Positions 9,052 to 18,282 of a DNA stretch of 38,289 nt are shown here, in pieces. The stretch comes from Sulfuritalea sp. Its GTDB lineage: Bacteria > Pseudomonadota > Gammaproteobacteria > Burkholderiales > Rhodocyclaceae. The position numbers and the translations under genes were made by a program. The notes under the pieces are model-generated. The model had not been told where the DNA came from and ran no database searches. It saw only the letters and a list, made by a program, of their open reading frames with translations. The stretch's first letter is position 1. Each line of letters opens with the position of its first letter. Location: the NCBI GenBank assembly GCA_041648855.1, contig JBAZOF010000001.1, forward strand, positions 1 through 38,289, in the 5' to 3' direction.

Positions 9052-10212
9052 TTACGGCGTCCGCTCGCGGCGGTTGCCTCCGGCGATGATCTCGATGTTG
9101 TACAGCCGGCATTCCAGCGCCCCGTTGTAGAGCGGAATCTTGCGCGAAGTCTGCAGCCGGATCAGCTTTGGAAGTTGCGTGTCGGCCGAGAGGAACCAGC
9201 AGCTCCAGCCGGCGAAGCGCTGCTTCAGCGCATCACCCAGCTTCGGATAAAAGGCCGCCAGTTCCTCTTCGCTGCCGAGTCGTTCGCCGTAGGGCGGGTT
9301 GGCTACCATCACGCCCGCCGGGGCAGGGGCTTCTCGCGTCAACAGGTCGGCCTGTTGCAGCGTGACCAGATCGTCGAGCCCGGCGCCGGCCAGATTCTGC
9401 CGCGTGCGGGCGACGGCATCGGCATCGATGTCGCTGCCGTACAGAGGCAGCGCGACAGCCTCGCGGCGGCGCTCGGCGGCCTCGCGCTGCAGCTTGCGCC
9501 AGAGGCCGGTGTCGAAGGTCTTGAGGTGTTCGAAACCAAAATCACCGGGCTCGCGCGACAGACCCGGCGCGTCGTCGAGAGAAATCTGGGCGGCTTCCAG
9601 CAGGAAAGTGCCGCTGCCGCACATCGGATCGAGCAGCGGCGTACCCGGTTGCCAGCCGGAAAGGCGAAGGATGCCGGCGGCGAGGTTTTCCTTGAGCGGC
9701 GCGCCGACTTTGGCCAGCTTGTGGCCGCGCATGTAGAGCGGTTCGCCGGAGGTGTCGAGATAGAGCGTGGCCTGTTGTTCGGTGATGAATAGGTGAACGC
9801 GAACCTCGGGGTTCCTGGTATTGACGCTGGGGCGTCTTCCGGTTTCGGCGCGGAAGCGGTCGCAGACGGCGTCCTTGACCTTCAGCGTGATGAACTCGAT
9901 GCTCTTCAGCGGCGAGCGAATCGCCGTGACATAGACCCGAATCGAGCGATCCACCGAAAACAGTTTTGACCAATCCACATCGTAGGCCAGCCGGTAGATC
10001 TCGGCTTCGTCGCGATAGCCGCCACGCGCGATACGCCACAAGACTCGCGTCGCAATGCGCGACTCAAGGTTGATGCGGTAGCCCGTCTCGAGGTCGCCGT
10101 TGCAACTGGCGCCGCCCGGGACGACGGCAACATCCTTGCCGCCCGCATTGGCGAGGTCTTCCGCGAGCAGGGCCTCGAGGCCGCGCGGACAGGTCGAAAA
10201 ATAATGGTTCAA
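9052..10212 (-). CDS. THUMP-domain class I SAM-dependent RNA methyltransferase (RlmL-like)
   Basis: CPRGLE, THUMP region, LDTSG, APLKENLAA, DPMCGSGT and NPPYGER motifs; probable TTG start at 10212, overlapping the hemJ stop. Confidence 0.9.
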   Translation of the reverse strand: MNHYFSTCPRGLEALLAEDLANAGGKDVAVVPGGASCNGDLETGYRINLESRIATRVLWRIARGGYRDEAEIYRLAYDVDWSKLFSVDRSIRVYVTAIRSPLKSIEFITLKVKDAVCDRFRAETGRRPSVNTRNPEVRVHLFITEQQATLYLDTSGEPLYMRGHKLAKVGAPLKENLAAGILRLSGWQPGTPLLDPMCGSGTFLLEAAQISLDDAPGLSREPGDFGFEHLKTFDTGLWRKLQREAAERRREAVALPLYGSDIDADAVARTRQNLAGAGLDDLVTLQQADLLTREAPAPAGVMVANPPYGERLGSEEELAAFYPKLGDALKQRFAGWSCWFLSADTQLPKLIRLQTSRKIPLYNGALECRLYNIEIIAGGNRRERTP

Positions 10213-10625
10213 ATGGGTTTCACCACGGTCAGGATGGAGATCGCAACCAGCACCAGCACCGGCACCTCGTTGAAGAAACGAAACCACACATGTGTCCTGG
10301 TCGAGCGGCCGCTGGCGAACTCGGCGAGCAGCCTGCCACACCAGAGGTGATAGGCGACCAGGCCGACGACCAGCGTGACCTTGGCGTGAAGCCAGGCGCC
10401 GGTGAAGCCGAAGCCGAACCACAGCCAGAGCCCCATCCCTATCGCCAGCACGCCGATCGGCGTGACGAAGCGATAGAGCTTGCGCGCCATCAGCAGCAGG
10501 CGCTCCCGCTCGGCAGGGCTGTCGGCCGGCACCATGGCTATGTTCACGAAAATTCGCGGCAGATAGAAGAGCCCGGCGAACCAGCTTACGACGAAGACGA
10601 TGTGAAAGGCCTTTACCCAGAGCAT
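10209..10625 (-). CDS. hemJ: Protoporphyrinogen oxidase HemJ (CopD/UPF0093 family)
   Basis: WVKAFH..SWFAGLFYLPR, WLHAK, FNEVP and VVKP motifs. Confidence 0.9.
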   Translation of the reverse strand: MLWVKAFHIVFVVSWFAGLFYLPRIFVNIAMVPADSPAERERLLLMARKLYRFVTPIGVLAIGMGLWLWFGFGFTGAWLHAKVTLVVGLVAYHLWCGRLLAEFASGRSTRTHVWFRFFNEVPVLVLVAISILTVVKPI

Positions 10626-11491
10626 GATGCTTCCTCAAGAATTGCGGCGGCGATACCCTCTGTCACGGTCGGATAGCGCAGACGCAGGTGCAGCTCCCGT
10701 TTCATCCGCGTGTTGTCGAGCTGTCGCGACTCGTTCATGAAGGACCACTGCAGCGGCGGCACCGCGCGCCGCACTTCCTCGCGCGGCAGGCGCACTGCTC
10801 GCGGCAGCGCAAATGCGTCGGCCAGCGCATCGAACCATTCGCCCATCGCCAGCGAGGAGTCGTCATTGACGTTGTACACGCGGTTGGCCCTGCCTCGTGC
10901 GAGTGCCGCAATGCAGGCGCGACCGAGGTCCTCGGCGTGGATGTGGTTGGTATGGCTGTCTTCGGCGTGGAGCATGAGCGGCAGCCCCTTGTGCAGGCGC
11001 TCCAGCGGCAGCCGGTCGGCCGCATAAATGCCCGGCGCGCGCAGAATGCTGACGCGGCAGCGGCGCCCGAATTGGCGCAAGCGCCGCTCCGCGTCGACCC
11101 GCCGTGCCGCCCGCGCCGACTTTGCGGCCGGCATCCGCGTCTCGCTGACCCGGGTGCCGCCACAGTCGCCATAGACCCCGCTGGTGCTGATGTAGACAAG
11201 TTGGCGTGGTAGACTTTTCCCGCGCTGGAGCACGGCAATCAGATTCCGCGTGCGCGTGTCGCCGGTTCCTTGCGGCGGGGGCGGCGCGCTGTGGATTACC
11301 GCATCGGAGATGCCGGCCAGTCGCGCCAGCGTATCGGGCTGGTCGAGATCGCCCTCGATCTGCGTGACACCCAGCGCTGCCAGTTGCGGGTCGTGCTGAC
11401 GCACCAGTGCCAGCACGTGCCAGCGCAGCACGAGTTGCGGCAGCGCGCGGCGCATTACGTCACCGCAACCAATTATCAGCAATCTACGCAT
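10613..11491 (-). CDS. NAD-dependent epimerase/dehydratase (atypical SDR)
   Basis: IIGCGD, YISTSGVYGD, LRAPGIY and NHIHAEDL motifs; start at ATG 11491. Confidence 0.9.
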   Translation of the reverse strand: MRRLLIIGCGDVMRRALPQLVLRWHVLALVRQHDPQLAALGVTQIEGDLDQPDTLARLAGISDAVIHSAPPPPQGTGDTRTRNLIAVLQRGKSLPRQLVYISTSGVYGDCGGTRVSETRMPAAKSARAARRVDAERRLRQFGRRCRVSILRAPGIYAADRLPLERLHKGLPLMLHAEDSHTNHIHAEDLGRACIAALARGRANRVYNVNDDSSLAMGEWFDALADAFALPRAVRLPREEVRRAVPPLQWSFMNESRQLDNTRMKRELHLRLRYPTVTEGIAAAILEEASCSG

Positions 11492-11505
11492 CGGACGATT
11501 ATCGC

Positions 11506-12519
11506 ATGGCCCCAGTCGCCTCATTTCGCGTCACGCTTCAGCCCAGCGGGCACAGCTTCACCACCGATGGCAGCGACTCGGTGCTGCAGGCGGCCCTCGA
11601 TGCCGGCCTGACCCTGCCCTACGGTTGCCGCAATGGCGCCTGCGGCGCCTGCAAGGGCCGCGTCATCGACGGTCTGGTCGATCATGGCCTGGCGCAGGAG
11701 CAGGCCTTGCCGACGGCGGACCGCGTCAGCGGCCTGGCGTTGTTCTGCTGCGCCAAGCCGCTTTCCGACCTGGTGCTCGAATGCCGTGAAGTGGGCACGG
11801 CGAAGGATATCCCGGTCAAGATCATGCCCTGCCGGGTGCAGAAGATCGAGCGCGTCGCCGAGGATGTGATCGTGCTGAGCCTCAAGTTGCCGGCCAACGA
11901 GCGCCTGCAGTTTCTCGCCGGCCAGTACATCGAGTTCCTGCTCAAGGACGGCAAGCGCCGGGCTTTCTCGATTGCCAATGCGCCGCATGACGACGGCTTC
12001 CTGCAGCTGCATGTGCGCCTGATCGCCGGCGGTGAATTCACCCAGCATGTTTTTGCCGGCATGAAGGAAAAGGACATCCTGCGCTTTCAGGGCCCCTATG
12101 GCAGTTTCTTCCTGCGCGAGGAATCGGCCAAGCCGATGATTCTGCTGGCTGGCGGCACGGGCTTTGCGCCGATCAAGGCTCTGGTGGAACACGCCATTCA
12201 CCATCACATCACGCGGCCGATGGAAATCTACTGGGGCGCGCGCAACCGTGGCGGGCTCTACCTGCCTGATCTGCCTCAGGAGTGGGCCGCCGCGCACGGC
12301 CATATCCGCTATGCGCCGGTGCTGTCGGATGAAGCCTGGGAGGGGCGCACCGGGCTCGCGCACAAGGCAGTGCTCGAAGACCATCCGGTTCTTTCCGCCT
12401 TCCAGGTCTATGCCTGCGGTGCGCCGGCCATGATCGATGCGGCGCGCGCCGACTTTGTTGCCGCCGGCTTGCCCCCCGAAGAGTTCTTCGCCGACGCCTT
12501 TACGTTTGCGCCAGCCTGA
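11506..12519 (+). CDS. 2Fe-2S/FAD/NAD oxidoreductase (CDP-6-deoxy-delta-3,4-glucoseen reductase family)
   Basis: 2Fe-2S motif CRNGACGAC..C, RAFSIA, AGGTGFAP, YACG and C-terminal DAF. Confidence 0.92.
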   Translation: MAPVASFRVTLQPSGHSFTTDGSDSVLQAALDAGLTLPYGCRNGACGACKGRVIDGLVDHGLAQEQALPTADRVSGLALFCCAKPLSDLVLECREVGTAKDIPVKIMPCRVQKIERVAEDVIVLSLKLPANERLQFLAGQYIEFLLKDGKRRAFSIANAPHDDGFLQLHVRLIAGGEFTQHVFAGMKEKDILRFQGPYGSFFLREESAKPMILLAGGTGFAPIKALVEHAIHHHITRPMEIYWGARNRGGLYLPDLPQEWAAAHGHIRYAPVLSDEAWEGRTGLAHKAVLEDHPVLSAFQVYACGAPAMIDAARADFVAAGLPPEEFFADAFTFAPA

Positions 12520-12569
12520 CCGCGAATGTTCCCGAAGGGACGCACCGCGCTGGCGCTGGCGGGACGGCG

Positions 12570-13263
12570 TTATTCGCCGAGGTAAGCGGTTCGCACGCGC
12601 GAATCGGCGAGCAGCGCGGCGGAGCTGTCCGCCAAGGTGATGACGCCACTTTCCATCACATAGCCGCGCGAACAGACTTCCAGCGCGAGACGGGCGTTCT
12701 GTTCGACCAGCAGGATCGTCATGCCTTCGGCGGCGACGGCGCGAATCACTTCGAATACCTTTTCCACCAGCTGCGGCGCGAGGCCCATGGACGGTTCGTC
12801 GAGCAGCAGGAGCTTGGGACGGCCCATCAACGCACGGCCGATTGCGAGCATCTGCTGTTCGCCACCGGACAGCGTTCCTGCCACTTGCGCCTTGCGCTCC
12901 TTGAGGCGCGGCAGCAGGGCGAAGACGTGCTCGAAGTCGTCGGCGATGCCGGTCGCATCGCGGCGGTGGTAAGCGCCCATCGCCAGGTTTTCGGCAACCG
13001 TCAGCCGAGAGAAGATGCCGCGGCCTTCGGGCACCAGCGCCAGCCCCCTGCCGATCAAGTCGTGGCTCGGCACGGCTTCGATGCGTTCGGTCCGGTAATG
13101 AATCTCGCCGCTCGACGGAATCATGCGCGCCAAGGCCTTGAGCGTCGAGGTCTTGCCCGCCCCGTTGGCGCCGATCAGGCAGACGATCTCGTTTTCCTCG
13201 ACGGCGAAGGAAATGCCCTTGACGGCGGAAATTCCACCGTAGCGGACGTGAAGATTCAAAGCC

Positions 13264-13283
<20 letters not shown>
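12570..13283 (-). CDS. livF: Branched-chain amino acid ABC ATPase LivF
   Basis: GANGAGKT, VPEGR, LSGGEQQM and DEPSMGLAP motifs; the start (TTG 13283) is uncertain. Confidence 0.92.
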
Positions 13284-14030
<747 letters not shown>

Positions 14031-14034
<4 letters not shown>

Positions 14035-15080
14035 GCGCGGTTCTCGCTCATTTCGCGGCGATGCCGGGTTTCCGGCCACAATCCGGCGGGGCGAAAGCGC
14101 ATGGTCAGTACCAGCGCCGCACCGAATACCAGCATGCGCAACACCTCGGGATCTACCAGCAGCTTGCCGAACAGGGCGCGCTGTACCGGCTCCACGGTGT
14201 AGCGCAGTAGTTCCGGAACGAAGGAGAGCAGCATCGCGCCGGCGATCACGCCCCAGATGTTGCCCATGCCGCCGAGCACCACCATGGCCAGCACCATGAT
14301 CGACTCGTTGAGGACGAAGCTTTCCGGGCTGACGAAGCCCTGGATCGCGGCAAACATGCCGCCGGCGGTGCCGCCAAAAGACGCGCCCATGGCGAAGGCC
14401 AGCAGCTTGATGTTGCGCGTGTTGATGCCGCTGGCCTTGGCCGCGATCTCGTCTTCGCGAATGGCGACCCAAGCGCGACCGATGCGTGAATCCTGCAGGC
14501 GGCGGTTGATCACGATCACCACCAGCAGCAGCAGCAGCAGGAAATAGTAGTACTTGATCGGGCCGCTGAAGGTGAGCGCTCCGATCGTGTCGCTGGCCGA
14601 AAAGTTCAGCGGCCCGATCTGAAACGGGTCGATCCGGTTGATGCCTTTCGGGCCGTTGGTCAGGTTGACCGGCGAGGAAAGATTGTTCATGAAAATGCGC
14701 ACGATCTCGCCGAAGCCGAGCGTGACGATGGCGAGGTAGTCGCCGCGCAGGCGCAAGGTCGGTGCGCCGAGTATGACGCCGGCAATGCAGGCCACGGTGG
14801 CGCCGATCGGCAGGATGACCCAGAACGGCAGATGCAGCCCGAAATGCGGGGACGCCAGCAGCGCATAGACATAGGCGCCGACGGCGAAGAAGGCCACATA
14901 GCCGAGATCGAGCAGGCCGGCGAAGCCGACCACGATGTTCAGGCCCAGCGACAGCAGCACGAACAGCACGGCGAAGTTGGTGATGCGCACCCAGGCCGTG
15001 CCGGCCGAGGCCAGGACGAAGGGCAGGGCGATCAGCGCGACGGCGATCAGGACCAGACCGAATTTTTCGCGCGCGCTCAT
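14031..15080 (-). CDS. livM: Branched-chain amino acid ABC permease LivM
   Basis: GLNIVVGFAGLLDLG, LRLRGDYLAIVTLGFGE and IREDEIAA motifs. Confidence 0.94.
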
Positions 15081-15128
15081 GCTGCCTCCGCCGGGCCGTC
15101 CCCAGGAGGCAGCAAGCCAGGATCCGGA

Positions 15129-15187
15129 AGCCGCGCTAGCGGCTGAACCTTGGTCACCCCCTTTCGTGGAAAGGGGGTCGGGGGGAT
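15129..15187 (-). repeat. REP-like two-hairpin element, copy 3
   Basis: On the minus strand: C-rich run, ACCCCCTTTC-CAC-GAAAGGGGGT hairpin, GGTTC, then AGCCGC-TAGC-GCGGCT hairpin. Confidence 0.55.
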
Positions 15188-15198
15188 TGTCGTCATAA

Positions 15199-16185
15199 TC
15201 ATGCCCGTTCCGAAACGCGTTCGCCGAGCAGGCCGGAGGGGCGGAACACCAGCACCAGGATCAGCATCAGGAAGGCGAACACGTCCTGGTAGTTGCTGCC
15301 GAACAGCACGAAGTTGCCGCCGTCGGCGCACCGGGTGCTCAGCCAGCCGTGGGCGATCGGCCAGTGGCACAGATCGGTGAGTTCGCCGACGTAGCCTGTA
15401 CCGAGTGCTTCCACCAAGCCGAGCAGGATGCCGCCGAGCATGGCGCCGGCGATGTTGCCGATGCCGCCCAGCACCGCCGCGGAGAAAGCCTTGAGGCCGA
15501 GGCTGAAACCCATCGTGTAATGAGCGATGCCGTAATAGCTGCCGTACATCACGCCGGCCACGGCACCCAGACCGGCGCCGATGACGAACGTGAACGCGAT
15601 CACGCGGTCGGCGTTAACCCCCATCAGGCCGGCGACATGGACATTTTCGGCAGTGGCGCGAATGGCGATGCCGAAGCGGGTGCGATAGACGAACCAGGAG
15701 AGGCCGGCCATCATCGTCAATGACAAAAGAATGATCGCGATCTGCACGCTGCTGATCGCCGCGCCGCCGATGGCGAACACGCGGTTGTCGATGATCTGCG
15801 GAAAGGCCAGCGGATTGCGGCCCCAGGCCAGCAAGGCGAGGTGCTGCAGAACGATCGACATGCCGATCGCGGTGATCAGCGGCGCCAGTCGAGGGGCGTG
15901 ACGCAGCGGGCGGTAGGCCATGCGTTCCAGCAGATAACCCATCGTCATGCAAGCGGGAATCGCCGCGATCACGCCGGCGAGGACGATGACCAGTGGCGGC
16001 AGCCCGCTGCCGGCCAGCGAGGTGATGATGGAAAAGGCCACCATGGCGCCGATCATCACCACTTCGCCATGGGCGAAGTTGATCAGTTGAATCACCCCAT
16101 AGACCATCGTGTAGCCCAGCGCGACGACGGCATACACGCTGCCGGTGGTGAGGCCGTTGATGATCTGCTGGAGCAGGATGTCCAT
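15199..16185 (-). CDS. livH: Branched-chain amino acid ABC permease LivH
   Basis: QQIINGL, LGYTMVYG..INFAHGE, LKAFSAAVLGGIG and RPSGLLG motifs. Confidence 0.95.
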   Translation of the reverse strand: MDILLQQIINGLTTGSVYAVVALGYTMVYGVIQLINFAHGEVVMIGAMVAFSIITSLAGSGLPPLVIVLAGVIAAIPACMTMGYLLERMAYRPLRHAPRLAPLITAIGMSIVLQHLALLAWGRNPLAFPQIIDNRVFAIGGAAISSVQIAIILLSLTMMAGLSWFVYRTRFGIAIRATAENVHVAGLMGVNADRVIAFTFVIGAGLGAVAGVMYGSYYGIAHYTMGFSLGLKAFSAAVLGGIGNIAGAMLGGILLGLVEALGTGYVGELTDLCHWPIAHGWLSTRCADGGNFVLFGSNYQDVFAFLMLILVLVFRPSGLLGERVSERA

Positions 16186-16240
16186 TGGTGTGCCGGGCGA
16201 ATCCTCTGGGGATACCGTCCCCGGCGTTCCGCCGGAGACA

Positions 16241-16279
16241 TAAAAACGGGGAAGCCGCCGGAGGGCGACTTCCCCGTTT
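16241..16279 (-). terminator. Rho-independent terminator / stabilising hairpin after livK
   Basis: AAACGGGGAAG...CTTCCCCGTTT stem followed by a U-tract on the minus strand. Confidence 0.85.
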
Positions 16280-16293
16280 GGTTCAGCGTGAGA

Positions 16294-17655
16294 TTACTTC
16301 TTTGCCGGAGCCGGTGCTGCTGGAGCGGCCGCCGGGGCGGGCGCAGGTGCAGGGGCAGCCGGAGCCGCGGCAACAGGTGCCGCTGCCGGAGCCGCAGGTG
16401 CGCCAGCCGCAGGCGCGGGAGTCGGCGCTGGCGCCACGGCGGCAGGCGCGGTGGCCGCCGCATACTCATCCAGCGTCATCGATTTGCCGCTCTTGAGGAT
16501 GGCGACAGGCGTGATTTTGCCTTCCTTCAGGGTAAAGATCGTCATCTCGGCGTCCTTGCGGTCGCCCTTCTCGTCGAACTTGATGTTGCCGCTGGCACCG
16601 TTGAAGTCGCTGGCGGCGAGCGCCGGCAGATATTTCGCCGGGTCGGGCGAGTCGGCCTTCTTCATCGCGGCGATCAGGAGGTTGGCGGCGTCGTAGGTGA
16701 AGGGCGAGTACAGAATCGGATCGACCTTGAACTTGGCCTTGTAGGCGTCGAGGAACTTTTTGCCCGAGGCCTGGACCGGTATGCCGGCCTGCGAGCAGAG
16801 CAACCCTTCGGCAGCGGGGCCGGCGAGCTCGGCCATCTTGTCGGTGCAGGCGCCATCGCCGAAGGCGAACACGGCGGTCATCTTCAACTCGCGCGCCTGC
16901 TTCAGCAGCGGACCACCGGTAGCATCCATGCCGCCGTAGAACACCGCATCGGGCTTCTTTCCCTTGATCTTGGTCAGCACGGCTTTCCAGTCGACGGTCT
17001 TGTCGGTGCCTTTCTCGCGCGGCAACACCTTTACGCCGGCGGCTTTGAGTGTTTTCTCGACTTCGTTGGCGAGGCCTTCGCCGTAAGCGGTGGCGTCGTC
17101 GATCACGGCGACGGTCTTGGGCTTGTTCTGACTGGCCAGATAGTTGGCTATGGCCGGGCCCTGCTGGTCGTCGCGGCCGACGACGCGGAACACGCCCTTG
17201 AAACCCTGCTCGGTCAGCGCCGGATTGGTGGCGGAGCCGGAGATCATCGGCAGGTTGGCGGTGTTGTAGATGGCCGAGGCGGGAATCGTGGTGCCGGAAT
17301 TCAGGTGACCGACGATGCCGGCCACCTTGGCGTCCACCAGCTTCTGCGCCACGGTGTTGCCGACCTTCGGGTCGGACTGGTCGTCTTCCGACATCAGTTC
17401 GAACTTGACCTTTTTGCCGCCGAGGCTTACGCCGCTGGCATTGGCTTCGTCGATTGCGAGGCGGGCGCCGTTCTCGTTGTCCTTGCCCAGGTGCGCGATG
17501 CCGCCCGTGAGCGGAGCGACGCTGCCGATCTTGACTACCATCGGCGGCGGGGGCGCCTGGACCGGGGGCGGAGGAGGCGGTTCTTCCTTGCCGCAGCCCA
17601 TCAAAGCGACAGCGGTAATGACGGCAAGCGAAAGGGCTTTGGTCGGCACGTTCAT
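16294..17655 (-). CDS. livK: Branched-chain amino acid ABC substrate-binding lipoprotein (LivK/LivJ family)
   Basis: Lipobox LMGC, VKIGSVAPLTG, GHLNSG and FRVVGRDDQQG motifs; Ala/Pro-rich tail; start at ATG 17655. Confidence 0.93.
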   Translation of the reverse strand: MNVPTKALSLAVITAVALMGCGKEEPPPPPPVQAPPPPMVVKIGSVAPLTGGIAHLGKDNENGARLAIDEANASGVSLGGKKVKFELMSEDDQSDPKVGNTVAQKLVDAKVAGIVGHLNSGTTIPASAIYNTANLPMISGSATNPALTEQGFKGVFRVVGRDDQQGPAIANYLASQNKPKTVAVIDDATAYGEGLANEVEKTLKAAGVKVLPREKGTDKTVDWKAVLTKIKGKKPDAVFYGGMDATGGPLLKQARELKMTAVFAFGDGACTDKMAELAGPAAEGLLCSQAGIPVQASGKKFLDAYKAKFKVDPILYSPFTYDAANLLIAAMKKADSPDPAKYLPALAASDFNGASGNIKFDEKGDRKDAEMTIFTLKEGKITPVAILKSGKSMTLDEYAAATAPAAVAPAPTPAPAAGAPAAPAAAPVAAAPAAPAPAPAPAAAPAAPAPAKK

Positions 17656-17719
17656 GGCAATGCTCCGTTGAGATTGGGCAAGAAGGGTCTGGTGGGTGAG
17701 TGACAAATCAGCCGGGAGG

Positions 17720-17748
17720 ATTCTTGCCTTCTGTCGTGGACTTGTCAA
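17720..17748 (-). promoter_or_regulatory. Sigma70-type promoter for livK
   Basis: Minus strand TTGACA-17 bp-AAGAAT, about 65 bp upstream of the livK ATG. Confidence 0.6.
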
Positions 17749-17818
17749 TGCTGCCGGGCCCTCCCCGTGGGCATGATCCGGCCGGGGGATACCGTCCGCG
17801 GCAGGTCGCCGCGGACAT

Positions 17819-17853
17819 AAAAAAGGCCAGTCCCACCGCAGGTGGGACTGGCC
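17819..17853 (-). terminator. Rho-independent terminator after the cytochrome c gene
   Basis: Perfect 13-bp stem GGCCAGTCCCACC/GGTGGGACTGGCC followed by U6 on the minus strand. Confidence 0.9.
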
Positions 17854-17875
17854 CTTCTTGACGCTGCGACCGTGC

Positions 17876-18184
17876 TTACTTGGCGCCGGCGAGGATCCAC
17901 TTGACCAGGGTATGCACATCCGCGTCCTTCACCGCGGCATTCGGCGGCATCGGGATCGGACCCCAAACGCCCTTGCCGCCGGCCTTGACCTTGGCGACCA
18001 GCGCTGCTTCATCGGCGGCCTTGTACTTCTTGGCAACGTCCTGATAGGCGGGGCCGACCAGCTTCTTGTCGACAGCGTGGCAAGCCATGCAACCGCTCTT
18101 GGTGGCGAGGTCCTTGTTGGCGAAAGCCGGGGCCGAAGCCATAACGCCGGCAGCAACCAGCGCGGAGATCAATACCGATTTCAT
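17876..18184 (-). CDS. Periplasmic class I cytochrome c551/c552 (c8 type)
   Basis: Signal peptide, CMACH heme motif, KLVGP and WGPIPMPPN Met-ligand motif. Confidence 0.95.
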   Translation of the reverse strand: MKSVLISALVAAGVMASAPAFANKDLATKSGCMACHAVDKKLVGPAYQDVAKKYKAADEAALVAKVKAGGKGVWGPIPMPPNAAVKDADVHTLVKWILAGAK

Positions 18185-18239
18185 GTGTTTTCCTTTGGTG
18201 TGGGTAAGTTTGATGAAAGTGCCGAGCAAAACTTCGGGA

Positions 18240-18282
18240 ATCCTACCGGATTCGGTGATCGCTGAAAATTGTTTTGTATCAA
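18240..18282 (-). promoter_or_regulatory. Putative FNR/DNR-dependent class II promoter of cytochrome c551
   Basis: TTGTT-N4-ATCAA at 18269-18282 (1 mismatch to TTGAT-N4-ATCAA) and -10-like TAGGAT at 18245-18240. Confidence 0.6.

Noticed and set aside
16300-16460. Tandem-repeat or CRISPR-like GC-rich pattern
   Set aside because: It is the coding sequence of the Ala/Pro tail of LivK and has no repeat-spacer periodicity.
15841-17703. 620-aa plus-strand ORF, and similar long antisense ORFs such as 34386-36953 (-), 28432-29703 (+) and 6370-7713 (-)
   Set aside because: Antisense shadows of real high-GC genes with no recognisable motifs.
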